This document shows, piece after piece, positions 19,736-30,039 of a stretch of DNA of 33,000 nucleotides; the stretch's first letter is position 1, and each line of letters opens with the position of its first letter. The translations under genes were made by a program, and so were the position numbers. The stretch is from Octopus sinensis. Taxonomy: Eukaryota. The notes beneath the pieces were generated by a model. That model made no database searches. It saw nothing but the letters and a program-made list of their open reading frames with translations, and had not been told where the DNA came from. Where the stretch lies: the NCBI RefSeq assembly GCF_006345805.1, contig NC_042997.1, positions 202,027,001 through 202,060,000 of the forward strand, written 5' to 3'.

Positions 19736-20404
19736 TCATCATCGTTTAACGTCTGTTTTCCATGCTAGCATGGGTTGGACGGTTTGACTGTGGGCTGGCG
19801 AACCAGATGGCTGCACCAGGCTCCAGTCTTGATCTGGCAGAGTTTCTACAGCTGTATGCCCTTCTTAATGCCAACCACTCCGAGAGTGTAGTGGGTGCTT
19901 TTATGTGCCACCGGCACAGGGGCCAGTCAGGTGGTACTGGCAACTACCTCGCTCAAATTTTTTTACACATGCCACTGGCACAGGTGCCAGTAAGGTGATA
20001 CTGGTAATAATCACACTCGAATGGTGCCTCCTACTTGCCACCGGCACGGAAGCCAGTTAGCTGCTCTGGCAACGATCATGCTCGGATGGTGCTCTTAGCA
20101 CCCTACTAGCACAGGGCACAAGTGCCAGTAAGGCGAAGCTGGTAACGATAGATAGGTGGTAAATAGATACATAGATAGATAGACAGACAGAGAGATAGAC
20201 AGATGTGTATTTGTGTTTGTCCCCCACTACTTGACAATCAGTATTGGTTTGTTTACATCTCTGTAACCTAGCTGTTCAGCCAAAGAGACTGATAGAATAA
20301 GTACCTAACTTTAAAAATAGGTACTGGGTCCAATTTGTTTAACTAAACCCTTCATGACAGTGTCCCAGCATGACTGCAGTTCAGTGGCTGAATCAAACAA
20401 AAGA
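19524..20404 (+). mobile_element. family B SINE split by a family C insert
   Basis: Head at 19524-19731 ends in (TA)n; tail at about 20150-20404 (TTGTCCCCCAC..CCCAGCATGACTGCAG..AAAAGA). Confidence 0.8.
19732..20149 (-). mobile_element. family C element, longest copy, with multiple reiterated 5' modules
   Basis: (CAT)n tail; at least four GTGCCA..GGCAC..GCCAG modules. Confidence 0.9.
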
Positions 20405-20980
20405 GGTTCTTAAACCAGTGTGTGAGCCCTTTCATTAAATACTAAATATGCTAAAAATACTCCCTTTGCTAAAAGGGGTTAATTTTCTGCCAAAATCACG
20501 TCCTATCATCCTTAAGAAAAAAGACGAATTGAGATTAAGTAGTGCTAGGAACTGCAGGCAATACTTGAAGATATTCTTAGCATTGAATCTTGTAAATTTA
20601 TCTCAAAATTGTTGAGTTTTTATCAGAAGCAGGAAAATGCTGGCATTTTTTTTTAATGTTTGAATGAGTAACTACTGAAGCAAACAGAGTAAGGATAATA
20701 GACTTAGTGTTAGAAAAGAAGTGATTTGAGACTCATGATGCGTATCTTAAGTAATCGCCTTTGATCTTGGCAGACTTGCTGTAATTCTTCTCTAAATAAG
20801 ATATTTTTTAGTGAAATCTTTTTAGTTGTTTAACCTTTTCCTGGCCATATTTGTAGAAATAAACTGACTTTGTGTTTCAGTTAATTTTGGAAATTAACAA
20901 AAGTTTAGAGGGAATTGCCGAACTTTATATTATTGCTGGTGTTTGAATCAGTGACAAAGGATTTTATTTAAATCTGAATA

Positions 20981-21584
20981 GGCATAGGTGTGGCTGTGTG
21001 GTGAGAAATTAGCTTCCCAGCCGTATGGCTCTAGGTTCAATACCACCGCATAACACCTTTGGCAAGTATCTTGTACTATAGCCCTGGGCCAACCAAAGCC
21101 TTGTGAGTGGATTTGTTAGAAACAAACTAAAGACTGAAAGAAGACCATTGTGTGTGTATGTATATATATATACGTAAAAGCACCCACTACACTCTCAGAA
21201 TGGTTGGCATTAGGAAAGGCATCCAGCTGTAGAAACTCTGCCAGATCAGATTGGAGCCTGGTGCAGCTATCTGGTTCGCCAGTCCTCAGTCAAACCGTCC
21301 AACCCATGCTAGCATGGAAAGCGGACGTTAGGCGATGATGATGTGTGTGTGTGTAGATATGAGTATCTGTTACTGTCACCTTGCTTTGATATCATGTGAT
21401 AGTTGCAAATGAGTGTCATCATCACACAAGCTATATCTTTTATTTCCTGTATTCTGTGAAAACATGTCTGGTTATAGGGCAACAGGTGAGGGTTGGCAAC
21501 AAGGAGGGCATCCAGCTGTACTAAATCTATCTCGTCAGATTCCATCTAACCCATGAAAGCATGGTAAAGTGGACATTAGAACAG
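20981..21584 (+). mobile_element. family B2 SINE split by a family C insert (21172-21343, +)
   Basis: B head to (TG/TA)n; C 3' fragment CGTAAAAGCACCCACTACAC...GATGATGATG; then B2 tail with GGCAACAAGGAGGGCATCCAGCTGTA. Confidence 0.8.
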
Positions 21585-21697
21585 TGGCAGCAGAGGTGGT
21601 GAGCAACAACAACACTTTGAAATGAGAAGTGTTCTGTCATGAAATCGTAATTAGTCTCTGATGGATTTGGAATTAAAATGATTAGACAGTAACTCAC

Positions 21698-21733
21698 AAA
21701 AGACTTCACCCTTCTCACTTCATATTGCAGTAA
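21698..21733 (-). CDS. weak candidate exon LLQYEVRRVKSF (or 15-nt LLQYE)
   Basis: Acceptor ccttataattctag; donors GAA|gtgaga or TTT|gtgagt; phase 0->0. Confidence 0.25.
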
Positions 21734-22446
21734 CTAGAATTATAAGGCAACTTGATTTCATTTAGGTTTCGGCATTATTTCTTCTTTTTTTTTTTTAGCT
21801 TCTCGGCATGCTTGGGGACACTCCTTTCTGGGTATAGTTGCTAATGCACTGACCTTGGAAAGGTGAAAGGAATTTGAACTCAGAACCTGAAGGGACATAA
21901 TTAAATATCACCACCACCACCATGGCAGTACATTTATTGTCTTACACCATCCTGCTATCTATCCAACCATTAGGCAGAATATAGGTTTTCTAAACAATGT
22001 CTAAAATGCTTGGTGCATGCAATAAATTCCTTTGAAGAAAATAGTTTCTGGTAATGATCGTATCATTGAATCCAATTTCAGATAATATTGATCTGAAACT
22101 ATAAGTTTTTTTTCTCTTTTTTTTTTTTGTAAGTGTGTGTGTGTGTGTGTGTGTTTTAAATAAATTTTCAAAAGTATTGGAAACCTTAATTTGTTTCAAT
22201 TCTGTTTCTTATAATGGTAGCAGGTACAGTATGTACATAATAATAATAATAATACTGAACAACAAATGAAGAAATTGGTTATTCAAATGTAAGGAATTTG
22301 TTCAGTATTACTACTTGGGTATGTATATACTTTTATAACTTTCAGTTAAACGATAGCTCATGGATAAATTTTGGCAGATAGAAACTGTGTGGAAGTCTGT
22401 CTGCACTCCTCTTTCTAATATATATGTATGTGTGTGGGTGTATATA

Positions 22447-22479
<33 letters not shown>

Positions 22480-22670
22480 TTGTGTGTGTAAACACACTCA
22501 CATTTGCATATATAACTGTATACTAAGTGACCACAATCTTCATAGATGACACATTTCTAAACATTGTCCGATTTGTATCTAATCATTTTTCTTGACCATA
22601 AATTTGAATTCCATCAGTCCCTGAGCTGTAAACTATTGTATGAATGGAACGGTGTGCTAACGTAATTAAT

Positions 22671-22880
22671 ATGCAAGTAGCTGAGTATTCCATAGATACA
22701 TATACCCTTAACCCTTTCGTTACCAACCTGGCTGAAACTGGCTCTGTGTACAAATGCAAGTAGCTGAGTATTCATAGACACATATACCCTTAACCCCTTC
22801 GTTACCAACCTGGCTGAAACTGGCTCTGTGTACAAAAGTCTTGTTTTCATAAGTGTTGAATTAAAATCTTTCACCAAACC
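22671..22880 (+). repeat. 83/82-bp tandem duplication containing the left end of a second TTAA MITE family
   Basis: Units 22671-22753 and 22754-22835 (ATGCAAGTAGCTGAGTATT...CCTTAACCC(T/C)TTCGTTACCAACCTGGCTGAAACTGGCTCTGTGTACAA); the MITE interior continues to about 22880. Confidence 0.9.
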
Positions 22881-23030
22881 TGCAGAGATTTTTGTCTACC
22901 AAATTGACTGAAGCCATTGGTCCACCTCTACTTATATAGTAGATGACATTGCCCAAGGTGCAGCACACTGGGACAGAACTTCAAACCATGTGATTGCAAA
23001 ATGAGCTTCTTAGCCAATGTGCCTGTGGAA
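22880..23030 (-). mobile_element. old family B SINE head
   Basis: GTCTACCAAAT..TAGTAGATGACATTGCCCAAGGTGC..TGGGAC. Confidence 0.65.
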
Positions 23031-23811
23031 TTATTTTCCAAAACTTCTGTCAGCCTTTAACTATTATGCAGTTTCTAGTCTGCTTACTTTCCAATTCTAA
23101 ATATGTCAGATGGTTGTTGGAATATATAGTCTACTTGCAGCAAGCCCTCTAGACAGCCTGAAGTCTTCTAGTTAAGACTTCTCTGACTATTAGCTACTCT
23201 AATATTAATCATATTCCTTTGGTAAAACATAATTCTATGTTATGAAGTACTTTTTCAGTTAAGTATAAATGACAAAATTCTTGTTTAAATGAAGTGATTT
23301 AAATGGTATTTAGCAAGTTGCCAGATAAATGGAAGTTTGACTTCAGTTTCTTTTTAAGAACTAGAATGAAAATGGTTTGAATAGCTTGGAACTTACTTGC
23401 ACTTTTGTGAAATTTTCTTTGGGATTTACTGCAATACATTTCATTTTACCTTCAGCTTTTTGTCTTTTTTCTGGTTATATTTTCAATTAAAAGATTTGAA
23501 ATTAAATAGTTTATTCAAGGAAACCAATCTCCAGAATTCTCTTCGTTAATGGACATAATTTTCTGATAATCTGTTTGAAAAGCAAGATTGATTATCTTCA
23601 TATTTAAACTTTAGCAAACTTCTAAAATAATTGAATGGAAATAGATTTTTTACTTATTTTACTTAGAGATTTTTAAGCTATATTAAGATTTGTCATACAA
23701 TTTGTTTAGAAATAATTTATTTCCAAATCTTCCAGATCAAAAACATTTATCTAATGTCTGATAAATCTAAATAATTCTGTGTATTTTACATGTATCTTTT
23801 TAATTTATTAG

Positions 23812-23950
23812 AAGCAGTAAATTGGCTGAGTTATTAGTGTGTTAGATAGAATGCCTTGTGACATTTGTTTTGAATCTCAGCTATGATAGTTCAAACCCAG
23901 ATAAGGTCAGCTTTATCTTTTGTCCTTTCATGATCACTAAATAAAACATG
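23812..23950 (+). mobile_element. very old family A SINE fragment
   Basis: Degenerate head, AGTTCAAACCC B box, CTTTATCTTTTGTCCTTTC core. Confidence 0.5.
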
Positions 23951-24122
23951 AATCCAAAGTGGTAGATTGGAGCAATGCCATGAGGCACGTGTTCTGGCCC
24001 TCAACATTCTGAGGTGAACTTCATTTTTCACGCTTTCAGGATTGATAAATATTGTACCATTCCAGTAGATATAGAGACATGATGTATTACAGTTTGTGTT
24101 CTATTTCTTCACATTCTGATAG

Positions 24123-24194
24123 CAATCTCTGCAATGATGCTGGCACTGTATTAGCTGTTGCCCTTGCCCTGGGAAGTGTTGGTGTCATGGCATG
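24123..24194 (+). CDS. candidate + strand exon NLCNDAGTVLAVALALGSVGVMA(W/C), hydrophobic
   Basis: Acceptor ttctatttcttcacattctgatag|C; consensus donor ATG|gtgagt; only one frame is open; 72 nt; phase 2->2. It lies antisense inside the - strand model. Confidence 0.35.
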
Positions 24195-24305
24195 GTGAGT
24201 GGAGACTTGCATGCATAGATATCTACTGGTTATCTTCAAAAGTTCTTGCTCAGACCTTAAGGTCTGTCATGAGCCCTAAGATTCAAAGATTGGAGGCCTA
24301 CCAAG

Positions 24306-24542
24306 TTTCCATTGCATATAATTGATTGCGACTACACCCCCCCCCCATTGAATGGGATGCTGGTCCATCACAGGGTTAACCTCTCAGCTATTGCTGGAAC
24401 CCTTTTACAGCTGAATGGACTGGAGCAACATGAAACTAATTGCTTTCCTCAGGAACACAGCACATCACCTGGTCTGAGATTTGAAACCACAGTATTATGA
24501 TCATTCATGCAACACCTTAACCACATGGCCATGAGCCTTCAC
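24306..24542 (-). mobile_element. family D tRNA-derived SINE, near full length, old
   Basis: GGGATGCTGGTCCATCACAGGGTTA..GCTGGAACCC..TGGACTGGAGCAAC..AACAC..; head ends GAGCCTTCAC. Confidence 0.7.
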
Positions 24543-24680
24543 TTGTCCAGACCTGGTTGCTTTTTAAAGAGGAATTTTCCAGATGCAAATCTGTGGCCCC
24601 ACAAGACACATACAGTCCTCAGATTTTAAGAATTGTAGTTAAAATTAAAAACTTGGCTTTCTATCTTCTTATCTGTTGCT

Positions 24681-24891
24681 TTAACCCTCAAGTATTCACA
24701 TTATTCTGTCAAATCCAATTCTTATTTATTCACATTGTTTTGAATTAACCATGTGTTATTTCTTAGCTTTGAAATTTTGATGATGTGATTTTAGAATGAT
24801 GTTGTAGGGTAGGTGTGAGAGACCAGATCTGACTATGAACCAGGTGGAAATTTCAGGCCAGATATAGTCAGTTGAAATGCTACAGGGTTGA
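24681..24891 (+). mobile_element. piggyBac-type TTAA MITE, copy 3
   Basis: TTAA-CCCTCAAGTATTC ... GCTACAGGG-TTGA; interior matches copies 1 and 2. Confidence 0.8.
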
Positions 24892-25070
24892 GGTAGCAGG
24901 TTAGCAGATTCGTTAGAACATTGGATAAAATACTTGTTGTGGTTCTTCCAGTTTCCTACATTCTGAGATCAAACCCTGTCAGAAATCAACTTTATCTTTC
25001 ATCCCTCCTGGGTCAAAAAAAATGAAGTATATGCCAATGTAATTAACAAGTTTCCTCCCACCAAAATAGA
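24892..25070 (+). mobile_element. old family A SINE
   Basis: AGGTAGCAGGTTAGCAGATTCGTTAG head; CTTTCATCCCTCCTGGGTC core. Confidence 0.6.
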
Positions 25071-25106
25071 GATGGTGGAGGATATATATTTGATGGAGAA
25101 ATAACA

Positions 25107-25492
25107 ATCTTTTATCTTTTACTTCAGTCATTAGACTACGGCCATGCTGGGGTACTGCCTCGAAGAATTTAAATTGAAAGTATCAACCCCAGTTCTTATT
25201 TTTGGGTGGGGGGTGACCACCCTCCCCACCATTTATTTTACCAGTCTGTTTTGCTGAACTACTAGTTATGGGGATGTAAACACACCAACACTAGTGTGGA
25301 GGACAACACACACATACACAGACACACGATGGGCTTCTTTCAGTTTCTATCTACTAAATCACTTCGTAAGGTTTTGGTTGGCCTCAGGCTATAATAAAAG
25401 ACACTTGCCCAAGGTGGCCACACAGTGGGACTGAACCCAGAATTATGAGGTTGGGGAGCAAACTTTCTAACCACACAGCCATGCCTGCACCT
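25107..25492 (-). mobile_element. family B SINE, full length
   Basis: Same architecture as 7555-7959. Confidence 0.9.
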
Positions 25493-26134
25493 GATGGAAG
25501 AGTAAATAGCTTATTCAGTGAATTTCATTGCTGGGTTTTGGAAAAAAAAAGTGATATGACAAACTAGCGATCGAAGAATAAATATGTTTCCATATGATAT
25601 AATTCAATTCAATGTTAAATGATATTTATGAGACATAAAGAAGTTTCTTTTTTGGCTTTATTTTGCTTTCTCTCCCCAACCCCTAACTTAAATATTTATG
25701 ATGAAAGTATTACATTAGTTAATCATTATGTGGGTAATTATTAAAAAATGAGTTGCAAGAGTATTCAACTGTGAAGGTAATATTTATCTGCCAGGAATGG
25801 GGAAAAGTTAATTTAGATTTTATATAGAAAGATTTAGATTTTATAAAGAAAGATTACAATGAATGTATAGAAAACAGAATGAGCGTATACTGAAGGAAAT
25901 AATACTGAAACTACCCCTCCCCACCAAACAACAATGGATTTATTTATCTAATAAATAAAAAACTGCTCTATTCAAAGATAGTATGCAGTTTCATGAATGC
26001 AGATGTTATTGATAAATTATATAGTGATAGATCCAGGCTTTGTTATTAATATGGTTTTAGGTGATGGAAGCAACATGGGAAAATAACAAAGAAGAAGAAG
26101 AAAAATATCTGATTCCAGATAAAATTTCTCTTAC

Positions 26135-26290
26135 AGCTAATTCATAAAAGATTCTCGTCTGCAGTTTAAGTTTTGGCTCATTGTCACAATAAACAATCAA
26201 TAACACACTGCTGCACATCCTTGCACATTCCTCTAGAAATTGTAATTTTCTCTCAGCTGTATCGTTCATTATGGTTATTTCTCTAATAAC
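26135..26290 (-). CDS. candidate exon VIREITIMNDTAERKLQFLEECARMCSSVLLIVYCDNEPKLKLQTRIFYELA
   Basis: A 52-codon open frame starts right after an AG and ends at GCT|gtaaga; it overlaps ORF 26057..26269. The acceptor is weak, with alternative AGs further inside. Confidence 0.45.
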
Positions 26291-26846
26291 CTAATGGTGC
26301 CTTGCAGTGATTGATTTCTGGTGACAAATTGCCAATTTTCATCATTTTGATATATTAGTTAATTAGTATCCTACTATGCCTTTGGAAGGTTCTTAATACA
26401 AATTTAGCTCATCATTCTGGAGGTTTCTCTTTAAATTCCGATTATAGAGATGGGTTACTGCAGACATTAATCCTCTATTTAATGACAAAATATTGTGGCT
26501 GTCTAGATAAATCACTGCACTATTGACCAAAAGTTCACGAGTTCAATCTCTACTTTAAACATTGCTCAGCACTTTTATTACTTGTTTCAAACCAACAAAG
26601 GAGCCTCTACATAGCCACTCAGTCTGCTAGAAAAAAGCATTATAAATTCCTCAGATTATATCCAATGTCTCATTTAAGTGACACATTAGATGATGTCGTA
26701 GATTCACCATGTCTAAATAATAGCTTTAAACAGTTTCTGTTGGAATGTTTTTTTTATTTAAGTTCTGCTTTGCCAATGATAACAGATATCTCTTGTCATA
26801 TCTACACTTAACTATTCCAATAACACTACTCAATATTATTATCATA

Positions 26847-26887
26847 AGTAGTAGTAGTAATAGTAGTAGTAGTAGTAGTAGCAGCAG
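26847..26887. repeat. (TAG)n/(CAG)n microsatellite
   Basis: Direct reading; it causes the poly-S and poly-L ORFs. Confidence 0.95.
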
Positions 26888-27104
26888 TTCAAGAATTTGG
26901 ACCTGGAGATCTCCATTTCCAGCGACTTTGAGGCCCACCTCCCAGTGGTGTCGGGCGTCAATGAAGAGCCCTCGACTACAACAAGATGACCAAAGTTTCT
27001 TTTTTTTTTTTCCAAGGTCTGGGGTTTCCTGCCCCTAAGCTCTAGACCATCACCTAATCACCCTTACCCATCTTGTTGCTAAACAACAACAACAGCAGCA
27101 GCAG

Positions 27105-27287
27105 CAGACTGGCCGAATTATTAGTGAAGGACAAAATGCCTAGCATTTTGATTTTTCAAATTCTACAGGCTTCAGCTTTGCTTGTCATCCTTTTGGGGTT
27201 GATAAAATAAGTATCTGTCAAATTACTGGGTCAATGTAATCAACTAGCTAACCCTGCTCCTCAAAATTTCAGGCCTTCTGCTTTGGC
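27105..27287 (+). mobile_element. old family A3 SINE, tail interrupted
   Basis: CTTGTCATCCTTTTGGGGTTGATAAAATAAGTA core; CCTCAAAATTTCAGGCCTT tail start. Confidence 0.7.
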
Positions 27288-27689
27288 CAAGCCCGTATCA
27301 ACTTTTTCGAGTTTCACTTGAAGAGGAAGTTGAGGGTGAAGAGGGAAGTGTTGCCTTGTAGCAAGTTTCTTGAAAGGTGGGAGAATGTTGGAAGAATGGC
27401 CAGTGTGAAAGGACCGATTCTGAGCATGCATCTGTAAAAAGGGAATCAAAGGAGAAGGGCTCTTGCCCTGTTGTTCAGGCACCTATGGCTTTTGTGAAGT
27501 TTTCCACGAGGACCTTAAAGCGCCTCCCCTATTAGGAGTTTTTAATTTGTTCAATTTTTATTGATATTGCATTGTGTACATGCAAAAACCCATTGTATCA
27601 TCCTGTTTTTGTCTTTTATGTTGTTGTATGTCTGCTAATATTTTGTATGTGAGCCCTTGTGGCTAATAAAAGAATAAATTATTATTATT
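27288..27689 (+). mobile_element. Tx1/L1-like LINE 3' end (ORF2 C-terminus plus 3' UTR)
   Basis: Frame GQARINFFEFHLKRKLRVKREVLPCSKFLERWENVGRMASVKGPILSMHL* (stop 27435-27437) resembles Tx1-group C-termini (F..L..R.R.E...F.E.W). A T-rich UTR ends AATAAAAGAATAAA(TTA)n. The clade call is from pattern memory. Confidence 0.6.
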
Positions 27690-28119
27690 GTGAGTAAGTT
27701 TGTGTGCACACTCACCCATATATAATACAGGAAAGCCTTAAATTTCCTCCTACTCACTTCACCCCAGCTTCCTCTCTAACCCCTGACACTACTCTTTTTC
27801 TTTCCTTTCTGTTATTCCCTTCCCTAACACTGTCTCTGTTACTCTATCTACTTTCACCCTCTCACAACAATAAACCTGTTTCTTTCATTAACACAACCCA
27901 TAGTTACCACCCCTTATTTTTTTTCTCCCTCTTTGTCATGGAGCCTCTTTAGTCTTAAAAGTTACAAGGTGACCTCTCTCATGCTGGTGCAACACAACAC
28001 AAAAAAGCAACCAGTACACTCTGCTGAATGTAAGGATGGATGTCTGTCCTCACATTTCACAGTTCAAATTCTGTGGAAATTTGAAACCAATATTAGAATG
28101 AGTTCAAGCCATAGAAATT

Positions 28120-28212
28120 ATGCCAAAACTGAGTTGTTGGGGCAAGATCCAAGTGCTGGATCCTGTCAAACTATCCAACCTATACCAGCATGGAAAACAG
28201 GTGTAAAATGAT
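28120..28212 (+). mobile_element. short degenerate family C tail
   Basis: GTCAAACTATCCAACCTATACCAGCATGGAAAACAGGTGTAAAATGAT. Confidence 0.55.
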
Positions 28213-28214
28213 TT

Positions 28215-28242
28215 TACACGCACACACATGCATCTGCATGTG

Positions 28243-28280
<38 letters not shown>
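28215..28280. repeat. (AC)n microsatellite
   Basis: Direct reading. Confidence 0.95.
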
Positions 28281-28282
<2 letters not shown>

Positions 28283-28456
28283 ATAATACAAACAAAATTA
28301 CAATACTCATTGTTGTAGTGAGTGAAATATAGTTATTCACATGATAATGTATTTCAACGTGAAGTTTTATATCCCAGAATCCTAGGTGACCATCAGATGA
28401 TAAAAAAGCTATCACTTACATAAATATCATCAACATGTATGACTTGTTATTTTCAG

Positions 28457-28501
28457 TGATGCACTAAGTTTATGGTATTGTATTATTGGCTTGAAGATAT
28501 G
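28457..28501 (+). CDS. weak candidate + strand exon DALSLWYCIIGLKI(W)
   Basis: Acceptor ttgttattttcag|T; donor ATG|gtgagg; 45 nt; phase 2->2, compatible with the 24123 exon. Confidence 0.2.
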
Positions 28502-29334
28502 GTGAGGGATCTAACTCATTACATATTAATATAGATTACTGAATTGCTTTTTATGAATCTGAAGCTGCTTTCACCAAACCAAACCTTGACATGATGCATA
28601 AACATTATGTAGGTGTATTGAAAGGTAAATTCAAGCATCAGTACTTCAACTTTATTTCTTCCTGCAGAGATGTAGAAAAATGGGAATGGACAAAAGTATT
28701 TGGCTACATCTCAAATTTGAAAGAATGTTACTGCATTCAACAACAAATAGAAGACCTCTGAATTATGTGCACTACAGAGAAATGGTACTGAAAGCTGCAG
28801 GTTAGGTGTCGCTGAAAAGTGTTTCGTACTTAAGAGCTGTAACAGATCTGCAGACTATGCACATGCAGAGAGATGCACAAGATTGTAAATCAGGGATGTA
28901 AGGACTCATGTCAGTTTGTAGAGACAATGAGAAGGTGGTACATATGGGTTATGCAAGTGCAGAGTAGGTGTGGATGCAGCATATGCTTATGTAACCATAA
29001 GAACTTGTGGGAGAAATTAGCACTTTAAAGCCACGGAGCTTTAAAGCATTTGTGTGTGTGTGTACATGTGCATGTTAACATTGAAGCAGATGTCTTATGA
29101 GATGATCTTGAGAGTTGACATAGAATATATTTTGTGAAGCTTTTAATTAGATTAGATGGGTGTTTAGAGAGGTGCAGAGGTTGTATGGTCTCCTTTCAGC
29201 TTTTGTCCTGTGTTTATTGAGAGGTTTTATATGAATCTAATATTCTGAGAAACAAGAGAACTTAAATGGACATTAAATGATGACGAAGATGCTTAGACGA
29301 TACCTTAGAACTGGTTGACAGCCTATCTTACCTA

Positions 29335-29850
29335 GATAAGGGGAGTGTTCTAAAAGCTTAGTAGCCAGAGTAAGAATGGGTGGGAAAAGTTCAGGAAGTT
29401 GTTACCTCAACAGAGAGAATCTCTTCTACAAGTTAAGGACAGATCATGCTTGAAGTGTAAAATGGTAAACAAGGACATTAAATGTGGAGGGTGTATAAAA
29501 ACTAGAAAAAAAAATAGAGAAAATGTTCCACTCAGTGTGCGTGGACAGTGGAGTACAAGTGCGTTGAGGGGCTGGGGTGACTGGGTACAAGAAGAAATGT
29601 ACATATTGTGCAAGACTGTGGCAGGGTGGATATTAGATGTGTAAGGTGGGGTGGGGGGTGATAGTCGGGTAAAGAAGAGCCAAATGGAAGAGAGGAAGAT
29701 GTGAGGAAAAAAATGTTAAAAGATGTTCTTGAGAATACCACTGGGGACCAACCGCAGAAAGTGGCAAAACATGGTACTGGAGAAGATATGACCAACTCAC
29801 GCAAGAATGGAAGCACTAATATCACATGAGGTTGATGGTAATGATGATGA
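29335..29850 (+). mobile_element. heavily degraded RTE-clade LINE 3' part (may extend left to about 28.9 kb)
   Basis: Frameshifted ECSKSLVARVRMG/WEKFRKLLP..SLLQVKDR and W..MVLEK; ends CAACTCACGCAAGAATGGAAG...GATGATGA. Confidence 0.65.
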
Positions 29851-29877
29851 AACATACATTTACTCACATACATGCTC

Positions 29878-29963
29878 TTTTCTCTCTCTCTCTCTCTCTC
29901 TCTCCGTCTCCTCTCTCTCTCTCTCTCTCTCCATCTCCTCTCTCTCTCACTCTCACTCACACA
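29878..29963. repeat. (CT)n/(CA)n microsatellite
   Basis: Direct reading; it causes the RE-rich and LS-rich ORFs. Confidence 0.95.
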
Positions 29964-30039
29964 CATACAGATGTGCCTGCACTTGCACATTCCTGACTAA
30001 TAACACATGGCAGCAGCACACACCCTCGTGTGTTTTTCT

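Noticed and set aside
14485-26290. Fleeting resemblance of candidate peptides to ZWILCH (+ strand) or CFAP54 (- strand)
   Set aside because: Only a few scattered residues match from memory and the motif order is inconsistent; no gene symbol assigned.
28340-28415. WD40-like SSDGHLGFWDI on the - strand
   Set aside because: There is an in-frame stop just upstream, no polypyrimidine acceptor, and the segment directly follows a GTAAGT donor-like site; probably chance.
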